64,000 nt of DNA from Candidatus Amesbacteria bacterium. GTDB lineage: Bacteria; Patescibacteriota; Microgenomatia; CAZETR01; Amesbacteraceae. The stretch covers positions 187,899 to 251,898 of the forward strand of contig CAVTQH010000004.1 in assembly GCA_963736875.1 (NCBI GenBank), read 5' to 3'. Position numbers and translations under genes: made by a program. The number at the start of each line of letters is the position of its first letter. Position 1 is the first letter of the stretch. Positions 1 through 10,400 of this stretch are shown one piece after another. The notes under the pieces were generated by a model that saw only the letters and a list, made by a program, of their open reading frames with translations, searched no databases and had not been told where the DNA came from.

Positions 1-69
1 GGTTTAATCATCAAAATAGAAGATAAAATCAGAAGCAAACTTGAAAAAATTCTGGGATACCAAGAATAA
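1..69 (+). CDS. 3' end of an unidentified plus-strand gene (partial, …IIKIEDKIRSKLEKILGYQE*)
   Basis: Open frame runs off the 5' edge of the window and ends at a TAA near position 69. No recognisable family. Confidence 0.2.
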   Translation, partial: GLIIKIEDKIRSKLEKILGYQE

Positions 70-140
70 AACCCGTCAAATAGACATATTTCACACGATC
101 AATTTTCACGGAGGAGGGAAGTAGGGGTAGGGGAGAGTCG

Positions 141-1043
141 TCATTTTACCGGGTGGAATTTATGATGTGTTTCTTCGGCAAATTTATCAGACGCGTGCAC
201 ATACCGGGTCGTTGTTTCCAGTGATTCATGGCCCAAAAGTACCTGAATTGCAGCCGGATTTGCCCCGGATTCCGCCAAATATGTCGCAAAACCGTGTCTT
301 AGGGAATGAGCCGAAGTCGGCAGATTCATCCGCAGTTTTTCGCTGTACTCTTTGATTTTTGCCTGAAGATAATTGGTTGATATCCTTCGGGTATTCTTCG
401 CCGCATTGTTACCCCGGTACGGAATAAACAAGGCTGCCGCCGTATCCTGTCTTTTGGATAAATACAGATTCAGACATCGGGATGCTCTGTCGGTTAAATA
501 TACAAATCTTTCTTTTTTGCCCTTGCCCCGTACAAATAACCGGCCGGTTCCGTCCAGCTGGGTTTTGTTCAAAGATAACAGTTCGGATATCCGCATCCCG
601 GTGGATAACAGCACTTCCAGCATTGCCCGGTTTCGCAGACCGATCACTTCATCTTTTTCCAGTTTTTCCGGTGACTCAATAAGTTTTACCAAATCATCCA
701 GTTCCGCCACTTGTTTTATTTTCTTGGGAGCTTTAATCATTTTTATCGCATCCGGGGGAAGCGGTACCGGCTTATCCATATCTATCAGATATCTTAGATA
801 AGCCCGGATACATGACAGACACCGGTTTACCGAGGCTGGCTCAAGGGTACGAACCCCTGTAATGCCCGTAAACGGCTTTTTCCGGTCCCGGCTGACTATC
901 CATGCCTTAAACTGGTTGAACAACTGCTTGTTTAGGTCTTTAAACCGGTGTTTTTCGTCATCCAGGAAATTTACCAGATACACCAGATCCCGCTCATAAT
1001 TGTAAACAGTTTCTTCGGAATAATTTTGGGTCTTCAAATACAA
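141..1043 (-). CDS. Tyrosine site-specific recombinase, XerC/XerD (phage-integrase) family
   Basis: 300-aa ORF. C-terminal catalytic signature R…HxxR…Y (…SLRHGFATYLAESG…LLGHESLETTTRYVH) and an N-terminal SAM-like core-binding region typical of Xer recombinases. Confidence 0.85.
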   Translation of the reverse strand: MYLKTQNYSEETVYNYERDLVYLVNFLDDEKHRFKDLNKQLFNQFKAWIVSRDRKKPFTGITGVRTLEPASVNRCLSCIRAYLRYLIDMDKPVPLPPDAIKMIKAPKKIKQVAELDDLVKLIESPEKLEKDEVIGLRNRAMLEVLLSTGMRISELLSLNKTQLDGTGRLFVRGKGKKERFVYLTDRASRCLNLYLSKRQDTAAALFIPYRGNNAAKNTRRISTNYLQAKIKEYSEKLRMNLPTSAHSLRHGFATYLAESGANPAAIQVLLGHESLETTTRYVHASDKFAEETHHKFHPVK

Positions 1044-1162
1044 GAGGAAATCGTCAAAGTAGGGTAACTGGGGTTTTTGATGTTTTCATGGTATTGGGGA
1101 GTATCCATAAAACATATTGTAAAACAAATATACTGTAATGCTCAGTCTTCTCCATACGTGAG

Positions 1163-1194
1163 TAACTGAGTGTTAGAGATATTATACTCAGTTA
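1163..1194. repeat. 9-bp perfect inverted repeat (TAACTGAGT … ACTCAGTTA) with a 14-nt AT-rich spacer, in the 550-bp intergenic region upstream of the Xer recombinase
   Basis: Read directly from the sequence. It may be a regulatory or recombination site; its function is unknown. Confidence 0.4.
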
Positions 1195-1589
1195 TTATCA
1201 TATCTGAAATTACATGTCAACCCTCAAACAGAGAACCGCTAACCCTTCTCTCTTCAATAATCTCCAGGATTTTTATTTACTATTTTCTTATAAGAATATA
1301 TTGTTTTATCTGTATTTTGTGTTTGGCACTCCGTCCCCCGGGGTGGTACCCGGGTTATCCACAATCGAAAGTCCCATCAGTGTAAATAAATACTATCAAA
1401 CTATATCATCTGAAGCTAAATAATGGCGATATATAGACTTATAATATAGTCATTTCGTGAAAATTCAGCCTATAATTGTGAAAAGAGAACCTATAATATG
1501 TCTGTACTTCGACCTTTTTCCACCCTCCTCTCTCCCCTACCTGACAACTATGCAAAAAAATCTTAAATCAATTTATTCTTATCAGAATA

Positions 1590-1874
1590 TTATTTTTCCT
1601 TTTCATCTTGCCATCTTTGCATGGCATCCGCACTTGAACGTATCCTACCTTCAATCTTTTGTTCTAAGGTTTCCCCTTGCAGTACATTTACAATTCTAAT
1701 CCATTTGGCTCTCCAACCTTTTCCTTCCCAAAATCCATATTCTCCTTTAATTTGAGGGTTAGGTTTCAGCTTAACCACTTTTCCACCCGGATAAACACAT
1801 TCGTATGATCGACCCTTTTTAACTACCACAGGTTCTTCTGTGTACTCTGGTGTCTCCTCTACTATCTCTGTCAT
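1590..1874 (-). CDS. Hypothetical small soluble protein (94 aa)
   Basis: ORF overlaps the upstream membrane-protein gene by 4 nt (ATGA-type), which suggests translational coupling. No recognisable motif. Confidence 0.35.
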   Translation of the reverse strand: MTEIVEETPEYTEEPVVVKKGRSYECVYPGGKVVKLKPNPQIKGEYGFWEGKGWRAKWIRIVNVLQGETLEQKIEGRIRSSADAMQRWQDEKEK

Positions 1875-2689
1875 GTCCGAATTTTATTTTTTTTAATATT
1901 AATTGTAAAGAGAAATGTCAGACCCCCCACCCGGCTGTGGCCAGCATGGTGATGGTTACCACCACGCCCACGGTCACATACTCCCCTACCGTCCGGGAAA
2001 ACAGCCTTTCCGAAAAATAATGCTGGGTAATTCCCAGAACTACATAAAGCATGGTGGATAAAAACAAGCGACCCCACGGAAATGCTAATCGGCCAAAAAC
2101 AGATGGAAACAGCCAGAAAGCCCAGGGAAACCGCCAGCCAGAATGAGTATGTCCATACTCTTTTACTGATTACCGGCAGCAGTTCCACCGACCATAAAGC
2201 GGGCATCAGCAGTAAAAAACCAGTAATAAAAACAAAAAGCCCTACCAGCCAATAATCAAACCGAAAGGATAATATCGTATCAAAAAGGAAAAATCCGGTT
2301 ATCAGAGCCATCACAAATCCGACAGCCGATGCTGCCCGAAACAGGGCAATAGTGCGGATGGCTGCCACTGAAAAAATATTGGCAGTCAGAAGCAGGGCAT
2401 ACTGGCCGATTCCGAATATCACGGCAATCGAAAGCCTTGCCGTCCAAGCCTGGGGAAGCAGAATATAAAACAAGCCTACCGCTGCGGTGAATAATACCGA
2501 CGGCAAGGTCACAGTCAGCCACTCGATCCCCGTTAATCCTTCTTTCAGTGACCATGCAGCTAATAACCACGAAACCACTGCCAGAAAACCGATTAAAAGA
2601 TACCTTATCTCCAATCCCACCGACTGGACTGCCAAAAGCCCTAAAGACAAAGCCATGGAGGTCAATACCAGTTTCTGCCTTTTTCGCAT
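1871..2689 (-). CDS. Polytopic integral membrane protein (about 8 predicted hydrophobic helices), unknown function
   Basis: 272-aa ORF dominated by long hydrophobic segments, directly downstream of yebC. Confidence 0.5.
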   Translation of the reverse strand: MRKRQKLVLTSMALSLGLLAVQSVGLEIRYLLIGFLAVVSWLLAAWSLKEGLTGIEWLTVTLPSVLFTAAVGLFYILLPQAWTARLSIAVIFGIGQYALLLTANIFSVAAIRTIALFRAASAVGFVMALITGFFLFDTILSFRFDYWLVGLFVFITGFLLLMPALWSVELLPVISKRVWTYSFWLAVSLGFLAVSICFWPISISVGSLVFIHHALCSSGNYPALFFGKAVFPDGRGVCDRGRGGNHHHAGHSRVGGLTFLFTINIKKNKIRT

Positions 2690-2692
2690 AAT

Positions 2693-3439
2693 TTAAATCT
2701 CCCCCGGTTGGTAATTACTCCACACCCGGGTTACATCATCCAGTTCCTCCAGATTTTCAATCGTCTGTTCCACTTTCTGCTGTTCTGCTGCATCTTTTAT
2801 CTCAGCGGCGGTATCCGGCTTCATCACCAATTGGGCGGACTCGACCTGATATCCCATTTTTTCAAGTTCTTCTTTGAATTCATAGGTTTTATCTTTATTG
2901 CAGTAAATATCAAAATATTCTCCGTCTGTTTCTATCTCATCAATACCCAAATCAATCATTGCCAATTCCTGTTCCTCAATGCTTTTAACCGAAGGATTGA
3001 GAGTTTTAACTCTTATCTCCCCCAAAGGTTTAAATAAATATGCTACCGACCCTGAGCCTGCCAGACTCCCCCCGGATTTTTCCAAAATCATTCTTATTTG
3101 CTGTGCAGTCCTGGCTTTATTATCCGTCAGTACATCTATCATTACCGCGCATCCCCCGGGTAAAAAACCTTCATACACGACTTCCGCCAGTTCTGCCCCC
3201 TTCCCTGCCCCCATTCCGTGCTCTATTGCCCGGGCAATATTATCCTTGGGCATATTAAACTGTCTGGCTTTATCAGCCACCAGTCTCAGCCGGAAATTCT
3301 TCGCCGGGTCACCGATACCTCCGCCCTGCCTGACTGCAATGGTAATCTGAGCCGCTAATTTAGTAAAAATTGCTCCCCTTTTAGCGTCTTTGGCTTCTTT
3401 TGCCCTGTGAATCGTGGCCCATTTCGAATGCCCTGACAT
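2693..3439 (-). CDS. yebC: YebC/PmpR family DNA-binding transcriptional regulator
   Basis: N-terminal MSGHSKWATIHRAK motif and overall YebC-like sequence. The track ORF extends to 3484, but the internal Met at 3439 matches the family N-terminus. Confidence 0.85.
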   Translation of the reverse strand: MSGHSKWATIHRAKEAKDAKRGAIFTKLAAQITIAVRQGGGIGDPAKNFRLRLVADKARQFNMPKDNIARAIEHGMGAGKGAELAEVVYEGFLPGGCAVMIDVLTDNKARTAQQIRMILEKSGGSLAGSGSVAYLFKPLGEIRVKTLNPSVKSIEEQELAMIDLGIDEIETDGEYFDIYCNKDKTYEFKEELEKMGYQVESAQLVMKPDTAAEIKDAAEQQKVEQTIENLEELDDVTRVWSNYQPGEI

Positions 3440-3513
3440 ACTCCCCCATTTTACCAAACCGCGCTGCTGATTTATCATTGACATCTCTTTTCAACCCGTT
3501 ATACTTTCCCATT

Positions 3514-4308
3514 GTGAACCCGGATCAGACCAAACTCGCCATCCAGGCTTCCATAAACCGCGACTGGAAGGAAGCTATCAAACTTAACCTTTCTCTTTTA
3601 CGGAAAAACACGCAGGATATTGACGCTTTAAACCGTCTGGGCAAGGCATATCTGCAATCCGGTTTCAAAACCAAAGCTGAAGCCGCCTACAAAAAAGCCC
3701 TGAGAATAGACAAATACAATCCCATTGCAACCAAGAGTCTGGAAGCCATTAAAAATTTCCGGGTCATCAGGAAAGCAGGCCAGACTGTTCCGGCCGGTGA
3801 TTTCTCGACCGCATTTCTGGAAGAACCGGGGACCACTAAAACCGTAAGCCTGATCCGCCTGGGAGATACGCAGGTGATTTCCCATCTTCAGCCGGGGGAT
3901 GAAATTTTCATAGTTGCCAGGGAACATTGTGTTTCGGCAGTCACCGGAAATCAGGATTATATCGGCCGGCTCCCCGATGACCTGGCATCCAGGTTAAGAC
4001 CCTTTATCAAATCCGGCAATACTTATCAGGCCTGGGTAAAATCCGCAGATCTGATATCCAAATCTCCCAATGTCAGAATATTTATCCGTGAGGTTTCCCG
4101 GTCTAAAAAATATCGCATCATTCCCTCCTTCCCCGCCACCGAAAAGCTGACTTATGCCGCTTTCACTCCCCCCGAGCTGATTCATTCGGAAAAACCGGAT
4201 ATTTCCACACCGGAAGAGGATGTGGACGAACCTCAGGCTACCGACGAAAAACCGGACACCGGCCCTGAAGCCGATCCCTCCGTTCAGGGTTTCCGCGAGG
4301 AAGAGTAA
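3514..4308 (+). CDS. TPR-like repeat protein with an acidic C-terminal tail, unknown function
   Basis: Track ORF 3400..4308. The 5' part overlaps yebC on the opposite strand, so an internal GTG near 3514 is the more likely start. TPR-like helix pair (…LNRLGKAYLQSGFKTKAEAAYKKALRID…). Confidence 0.45.
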   Translation: MNPDQTKLAIQASINRDWKEAIKLNLSLLRKNTQDIDALNRLGKAYLQSGFKTKAEAAYKKALRIDKYNPIATKSLEAIKNFRVIRKAGQTVPAGDFSTAFLEEPGTTKTVSLIRLGDTQVISHLQPGDEIFIVAREHCVSAVTGNQDYIGRLPDDLASRLRPFIKSGNTYQAWVKSADLISKSPNVRIFIREVSRSKKYRIIPSFPATEKLTYAAFTPPELIHSEKPDISTPEEDVDEPQATDEKPDTGPEADPSVQGFREEE

Positions 4309-4313
4309 ATCTT

Positions 4314-5129
4314 TCACTCCCCCAGCCGCCACCCGGCATATTCCTTTCCTATCCTGATACTGACTTCCCGGTCACCCAGATCCGGATCGGCACTCCACAT
4401 ACACTCAAAATATCTCACCAGCCATCTGACTCCGGTGTTTTGTTTCATATTTGTATTCGATCGGACCTCACATTTTTCGATATTTTCCTTACCCGCGGCC
4501 ACATTCACCACTTTAAAACCGGCGTTCTCCACCACCCGGGAAAAGCGGGTACCCAATCCCCCGATTCCCGTGGTGTTGTATACCGATACATTCAGATTCT
4601 CTTTCGCCAGTTTTGACGAAAAAAACATTTCCCCTATATTCTTCTGCCCGATATTTGATAAACCCAGAACTTTTTCCCCGTCAGGATCTGTATTTTCCTC
4701 AATCCAGCTGGTATCTGCCAGGCTGATCTCTTTATATTCCACCCCGCGGCTTACATTCCACCAGGCCAGTTTATCCCAAAAACCCATTTCTTCCCAAACC
4801 AAAGTATACGGCACCCCCAAAAAGTCAGCTACCGAGTCAGCCACCCATTTCACTCCGTTTTTCAACCCCAGTTTTGAAAGCGAACTGATTTTCCAGATAC
4901 CTTTTCCGTTCACCGTCGGTATCTCCATTTCCCCGGGCAGAATTACTTTTACACCTGACCCGGTTTCAGGATCAATGGATGAAACTGAAATATTATCCCC
5001 GTTCCCCCGGGTTTTAACCGTAGTATACCGGCTGAAACCATCCCAGACCCGTCTTTGATAGTTGTTAAACACCTCTGCAGAAATTATTCCCATTCCGATA
5101 AGTATTAATACCAAAAAAACGGTTTTCAT
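4314..5129 (-). CDS. Membrane-anchored LytR_C (LytR/CpsA/Psr C-terminal) domain protein
   Basis: N-terminal TM/signal segment. C-terminal block …NLNVSVYNTTGIGGLGTRFSRVVENAGFKVVNVAAGKE… is typical of the LytR_C domain. Confidence 0.6.
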   Translation of the reverse strand: MKTVFLVLILIGMGIISAEVFNNYQRRVWDGFSRYTTVKTRGNGDNISVSSIDPETGSGVKVILPGEMEIPTVNGKGIWKISSLSKLGLKNGVKWVADSVADFLGVPYTLVWEEMGFWDKLAWWNVSRGVEYKEISLADTSWIEENTDPDGEKVLGLSNIGQKNIGEMFFSSKLAKENLNVSVYNTTGIGGLGTRFSRVVENAGFKVVNVAAGKENIEKCEVRSNTNMKQNTGVRWLVRYFECMWSADPDLGDREVSIRIGKEYAGWRLGE

Positions 5130-6896
5130 ATAGAAAGTACCGCCTTATCAGTTGTTTTTTTATTCATAAAATAATCTTTCAGACTCTCCGTTTTTCCGTC
5201 CTTCCCGAAATGGTCAATTATATGAGCCAAAAATTCCCCTCCCACACTGTGAGGCAGCAGTACATAGTCAGCCCCTGCCTTATACAGTTTTCCTGCCTCG
5301 GAAACGTCATTTGCCGTCATCACCACAAGTCTGCCGGGTTTTTTAAACTCCGCCAGACCTGAAAGTAATTGCAGACTGTCATTTTCATCAGGCACAGTGG
5401 AAATAACCACCGCTGCTTTTCCCAGGTTAAGCTGATCGTGCAGCTCGCAGTCTGACATATCTCCGAATATCACTTTTACCCCCTCCTCCTTGAGCTTTTC
5501 AACAATTTCCGGATTGAAATCCACAACCAGCACATCTTTTCCCATTTTTTTCAATGCCGGAAGAATCCTGCTCCCCACCCGGTTATGCCCGAACAGTATT
5601 ATATGGTTATCAACCGTTTCCCTTTTCTCCCCGGAGTTTAAAATCTTTTTCTTTTCCCATATTCCCAATAACCCTTCCAGTTTGGTATACAACCAATGAG
5701 AATTCCATAACAGATACGTCGAACACGTCATGGTCAGTATTCCCACCAGGGTAACCAGTGTCAGCACCCGTTCCTGGACCAGTCCCGTTTTGACTGCATT
5801 GGCTACCATTACCAAAGAAAATTCCGATATTTGGGCTACTGCCAGACTGGCCATAAAATAGGTCCGCTTGCGGTACCCCATATTACCCAAAATTATCATA
5901 ATTGCCACCGGCCCTCCCGCTACCACCAAAAGCGACAGGACAATGGCCGGAATAACCAGGGTAGACATCCCTGTCCAGACCACGTTTGCTCCCAAGAGCT
6001 ACGAAAAACCAGGTCAGAAAAAAATCTCTTAAAGGCCTGACCCGGGAAATTATTTGTGCCTGTTCAGCCACATTTGCCAGAGTCAGGCCTGCCAAAAATC
6101 CTCCGATTTCCACCGAAAATCCCAATACCGGTGAGGCGACAATTGCCGCCACCACCAGACACCATCCGATTGAAGTAATAAACAGCAACTCGGTTGATTT
6201 TGCCAGATAATCCAGGATTCCCGCCATCACTTTTCCCGACAGCCACACCGCAGCAGTCACCATCAATCCGCCTTTTATTACCACTTCAATAAATGAACTT
6301 AAGGTTAACGTCCCGTCCACCCATCCTGAAAGCACCACCATCAATCCAATAATCACAAAATCCTGGACCAGCAAATATCCGACTGCAATTTTTCCCGACA
6401 GGCTTTGCAGATCTCCCTTTTCTGATAAAAGTTTGACTACCAGGATAGTACTGGCAAACGAAGTGGCTACCCCCAAATACATCGCTTCCACACCTGAAAA
6501 TCCCATCACTCTTGCCAGTACGAATCCTGCCGCCGAAGACACAATTATTTTTCCCACTCCGGCAACTAGTGATACTTTACCCATCCTTTTAAGTTCGGAT
6601 AAAGGCAGTTCCAGCCCGGCCAGAAACAAAAGCAATGTGATCCCGAATCTTCCCATCACTTCTATCATCACTTTCATCTGGGGATTCTCCATCCCGGTTC
6701 CGCCGAGTAGCGAAATTACTATCCCCGCTAGTACATATCCCAAAAGTGGCGGTTGGCGTAAAAGTCTGGCCACCACACCACCGGCGGCCGCCAGACCCAA
6801 AATTCCCGCCAGGCTGATAAATACACCCGATGTCTCCACTCCTATAAGTGTACCAGTTTCCCCAGGGCTGTGACCAGATCGGAGGGAACCGGGCAT
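5126..6896 (-). CDS. Kef-type monovalent cation:proton antiporter (CPA2) with a C-terminal TrkA-N/RCK domain; split into two overlapping ORFs by an apparent 1-nt frameshift near 5990-6000
   Basis: ORF 5883..6896 has Na+/H+-exchanger TM helices. ORF 5126..5995 continues the TM region and carries a Rossmann-type RCK domain (ILFGHNRVGSRI…). The frames switch at …FFVALG|ANVVWTG…. Confidence 0.7.
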
Positions 6897-7567
6897 TCAA
6901 AATCCATGATTTTTTCAAGTACCGGATGTTTAAGTGATAGCTTTTGAGCGTGCAGCCACATCCGGGAACACCACATCCGGTCTTTATCCGACTGCCGGCT
7001 GTTAAGGTAAAGAGAATCGCTGACAATCGGATGGCCCATGTGTTTTAAATGCACTCTCAGCTGGTGAGTCCGTCCGGTCATCGGTTTTAACTCCAGTAAT
7101 GAGTAACTGTCAGTGTTTAATCCGTAATGATTCAAAACTTTCCATTCGGTCACGGCAGTCCTGGATAAATCTCCCCCGACGGAAAATTTCCCCCAAACTT
7201 TGGGATTTCTGGTAATCGGAAGGCTGATAATCCCCTGCTTTGGATCAACTTTACCGTGTACCAGAGCGATATAAGTTTTTTTCACTCTGCGGTTTAAAAA
7301 CTGGGATTTTAACTTTTCATAAGATTGTGGGTTTTTTGCCATAATCAGAAGCCCGCTGGTATCCTTATCCAGCCGGTGTACCACTCCCCCCTTTTGCGCA
7401 AACTCTGTATCAGCATATGCTGTAAGCTGCAATTTGTAAGTTGTGGCAAACCATTCCTGTACGGTTTCTTCTCTGCTGGTTTGTGAATTATTCACCACCA
7501 TTCCCGCCGGTTTATCGATTACCACCAGACTCTCATCATCATAAACAACTTTCGGCTCACCGCTCAT
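6842..7567 (-). CDS. RluA-family 23S rRNA/tRNA pseudouridine synthase
   Basis: Catalytic HRLDKDTSGLL motif and RluA-like fold sequence. Confidence 0.85.
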   Translation of the reverse strand: MSGEPKVVYDDESLVVIDKPAGMVVNNSQTSREETVQEWFATTYKLQLTAYADTEFAQKGGVVHRLDKDTSGLLIMAKNPQSYEKLKSQFLNRRVKKTYIALVHGKVDPKQGIISLPITRNPKVWGKFSVGGDLSRTAVTEWKVLNHYGLNTDSYSLLELKPMTGRTHQLRVHLKHMGHPIVSDSLYLNSRQSDKDRMWCSRMWLHAQKLSLKHPVLEKIMDFECPVPSDLVTALGKLVHL

Positions 7568-7569
7568 AC

Positions 7570-7968
7570 CTACTTCTCTCTTTTTCTTTCACACCCGACA
7601 CACACTGTTGTTTCGGGCATTATCATCAATCTGTCAGTATCAATCATTTTGCCGCACCTCTCGCAAATCCCGTATTTCCCTATCCTGATTCTGGTTAAAG
7701 CTTTATGTATCTGGATCATGCTTCTGTCCAGAGCCAGTTTAATAGCGGACACCTGCATGTGCCCTGTCCGTTCGGCAGCGTCGGCATCAACCGCTGCGTT
7801 ATCTTCCAGACGGCTTTTATCGGAAAAGGGATCTTCCTGGGTTAATTCTTTTTTTCTTTTCTCCAGCCCGAACAGTCGCTGGGACAAATAGTCCCTTACA
7901 GGTCGGAGCACTTCCGCCGGATATTTAACCTGAAATTTTTTTAAGTTTGTTTTCTTTTTATTATTCAT
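7570..7968 (-). CDS. DksA/TraR-family C4 zinc-finger protein
   Basis: C-terminal CERCGKMIDTDRL…CVGC four-cysteine finger preceded by a coiled-coil region. Confidence 0.7.
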   Translation of the reverse strand: MNNKKKTNLKKFQVKYPAEVLRPVRDYLSQRLFGLEKRKKELTQEDPFSDKSRLEDNAAVDADAAERTGHMQVSAIKLALDRSMIQIHKALTRIRIGKYGICERCGKMIDTDRLMIMPETTVCVGCERKREK

Positions 7969-8566
7969 GCTTAAATCCCGACTGCAGATAAATTGCTACC
8001 AGGGTAAAGGCTACTACCCAGGCAGCTACTAACTGGTCGACTGTCAAACCCCACCAGTATACCTTGGCCGAAGTAAATATTGCAACCAGAATTTGCGACA
8101 GGCAAAAACAAAGCAGGCTGACCATTCCCACCAAACCCATCTTCCCCGAAGGGTACCAGGAAAACTTACGGTAACCGCTTCTCACCCACCAGGCCAGAAC
8201 TATCCCGACGATCGCCGAAAGCATCTCCCAGACAGCTTCAGGACCCCAGGCTAGGCTCCCTAAAAGCCAGAGCCACAAACCCGTCACCGCCAGAATATCA
8301 AACAATTCCCAGAAATCCCATTTTTTCCTCAGGCACCACCACCATCCGGTAACCAATACTACCATTACTCCCACCACTTTCCCTCCCATCGCACCCAACC
8401 CCGCAGCCGCTAAAAGCCACAAAAAAAACGAAAATATTTCATCATTGGTAAAATCATTCCGCATTTTCTGCCACAAAACAAAGCTGGCCCAGATTACCGC
8501 CGGTCCGAGAAAAACCAACCAGACCGTAATATGGAATTTACCCAGAGTTAAAAGTACGGGCCACAT
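7961..8566 (-). CDS. Trp-rich integral membrane protein, unknown function
   Basis: 201-aa ORF with 5-6 hydrophobic helices and many Trp residues. No catalytic motif recognised. Confidence 0.45.
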   Translation of the reverse strand: MWPVLLTLGKFHITVWLVFLGPAVIWASFVLWQKMRNDFTNDEIFSFFLWLLAAAGLGAMGGKVVGVMVVLVTGWWWCLRKKWDFWELFDILAVTGLWLWLLGSLAWGPEAVWEMLSAIVGIVLAWWVRSGYRKFSWYPSGKMGLVGMVSLLCFCLSQILVAIFTSAKVYWWGLTVDQLVAAWVVAFTLVAIYLQSGFKHE

Positions 8567-8615
8567 GGTGTGGCAATTTTATCCCGGTCATTCTAAAATT
8601 ACAAAGTGACACCCA

Positions 8616-8700
8616 GCCGAAGTGGTGGAATGGTAGACACGCAGGTCTCAAAAACCTGTGGGCCCAAAAGCCCGTGACGGTTCGAGTCCGTCCTTCGGCA
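8616..8700 (+). tRNA. tRNA-Leu (anticodon CAA), class II with long variable arm; CCA not encoded
   Basis: 7-bp acceptor stem GCCGAAG/CTTCGGC, D-arm, anticodon stem CAGGT/ACCTG with loop CTCAAAA (anticodon CAA), long variable arm, T-arm GACGG-TTCGAGT-CCGTC, discriminator A. Confidence 0.8.
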
Positions 8701-9054
8701 CAAGCCTAGTGCCTGCGGCACCCCTCTTGACAATAACTCTTACTCTGTCCCATACTACTTTCAGTGACTGCCAGAAATCGCATGATCGTTAAATACCGGC
8801 TTATGGGTCTGGGGATTATATTCATCGCCTTGCTCACCATGTCCTTCGCCATCCTTTTAATTCAGGAACAGCAGCAGTATTCTGCTCTGGCCAGAACCTA
8901 TCAAGTTACTTACCCCTGAAAAATATGGCCAAAAAACCTGCCCCCTCCTCTCCGCTCTTTTTGGAGATTTTGTTCCTGCTGGTCTTCGTGACCTGTCTGG
9001 CAATCGGAATCATGGCAATCGCCGTACCAAAATTTGTACCTCCGGTCTGGTAAT

Positions 9055-10371
9055 TTACTCTTTCCGTTTGCCTTCCACTGAGTAAAATTTTATTCTGTCG
9101 CCTCTGAAACGCAGTTTGATCGACCGCAGCGGACCGTTCCGGTGTTTGGCAATATCCAGATTCATATTCTCAAAATCTTCATCGTTTTCCCGCCACATAA
9201 ACATCACCACGTCCGCATCCTGTTCGATCGCTCCCGATTCTCTTAGATCAGCCAGCTGCGGTCTTTTTACTCCCCTGGCTTCAACCTGGCGGGAAAGTTG
9301 TGACAGGGCCAGTACCGGTATCTTTAATTCCCTGGCCAGGTTTTTTAATCCCTGCGACACTTCCGATACCTCCTGTACCCGGTTATCCAGATTTCTTACC
9401 GGCCGGGCCAGCTGCAAATAATCGACTATGATCAGGCGCAGGCCGTGCTCCGCCTGAAGCCGCCTGGCTTTTGTCCGCATCTCCAAAATCGACATGCCGG
9501 GAGTGTCATCAATGTAAAGCGGAGTTTCATACAGTTCACCCATGGCATCCGACAGTTTTGAGAATTCATCTTCATCCAGCCGCCCGGTTTTCATCTTCCA
9601 CGCATCAATTTCCGCCTGGGAGACTAAAAGCCGGTCCATCAGTTCCTCCTTGCTCATTTCCAGAGAGAAAAAACCTACCGGCAGTCTGAACCTGAAAGCC
9701 GCATTTTGGGCAATATTAAGTGCCAGTGCGGTTTTTCCGATTCCCGGCCGGGCTGCCAGAATCAGTAAATTACTGTTCTGCATCCCCGCCAGAGTCTCAT
9801 CCAGATCCGTAAATCCGGTAGGTACACCCCGCAGCGCTCCGGCAGATTTGTGCAGCTCGTCCAGGCGGTCGAACGACTCCGCCAGAATATTTTTTACCGG
9901 TACGAACACCTGTTTTAAATGCTGCTGGGCCAGGGCAAATACTGTTGACTCTGCAGTATCCAGTATCTGCCTCACGTCACCGCTGTCGTCAAACGACAGG
10001 TCGGTAATTTTCGCCGCCGCCGAAATCAATTGCCTTTTGGTATAGTGGTCGCGGACCAGTCTCCCGTAATGTTCCGCGTGAGCCGCTGTCGGTACCATAT
10101 TCACCAATTCGGTCAGGTATTGCGATCCGCCTACGGTTTTCAGGTCTTTATTTTTTTTCAGTCTCTCCGTTACCGAAACCACATCCACCGGTTCCCGTTC
10201 CTGATACAAATCTGAAATCACTTTAAAAATCAGCTGATGTTTATCTTCATAAAAGTGCTCCGGCAGTAAAAATTCCACCACCGCCACCACCGCATCCTTG
10301 TCCAGAAGCACGGCTCCTAGTACCGACTGCTCGGCTGTCTGTGAATGGGGAGGAACCTTGATATCCGCCAT
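9055..10371 (-). CDS. dnaB: Replicative DNA helicase DnaB
   Basis: DnaB N-terminal domain plus RecA-like core with Walker A (GIGKTALALN), Walker B and arginine finger. No intein. The track ORF starts at a TTG (10410), but the ATG at 10371 (MADIKV…) is more plausible. Confidence 0.9.
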   Translation of the reverse strand: MADIKVPPHSQTAEQSVLGAVLLDKDAVVAVVEFLLPEHFYEDKHQLIFKVISDLYQEREPVDVVSVTERLKKNKDLKTVGGSQYLTELVNMVPTAAHAEHYGRLVRDHYTKRQLISAAAKITDLSFDDSGDVRQILDTAESTVFALAQQHLKQVFVPVKNILAESFDRLDELHKSAGALRGVPTGFTDLDETLAGMQNSNLLILAARPGIGKTALALNIAQNAAFRFRLPVGFFSLEMSKEELMDRLLVSQAEIDAWKMKTGRLDEDEFSKLSDAMGELYETPLYIDDTPGMSILEMRTKARRLQAEHGLRLIIVDYLQLARPVRNLDNRVQEVSEVSQGLKNLARELKIPVLALSQLSRQVEARGVKRPQLADLRESGAIEQDADVVMFMWRENDEDFENMNLDIAKHRNGPLRSIKLRFRGDRIKFYSVEGKRKE

Positions 10372-10374
10372 ATA

Positions 10375-10400
10375 TGTTCTACTCTTACTCTTACTCTTAC
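10375..10400. repeat. Hexanucleotide microsatellite (actctt)x3-4 followed by a T7 run at the extreme 5' end/leader of dnaB
   Basis: Read directly from the sequence. It would encode (KS)n if the upstream TTG start were used. Confidence 0.5.

Noticed and set aside
373-801. Plus-strand ORFs (142 aa and 66 aa) inside the Xer recombinase gene, and similar antisense ORFs within dnaB, HK and other long genes
   Set aside because: These lie entirely antisense to well-supported conserved genes. Their composition (Ser/Arg/Pro-rich) is typical of spurious frames.
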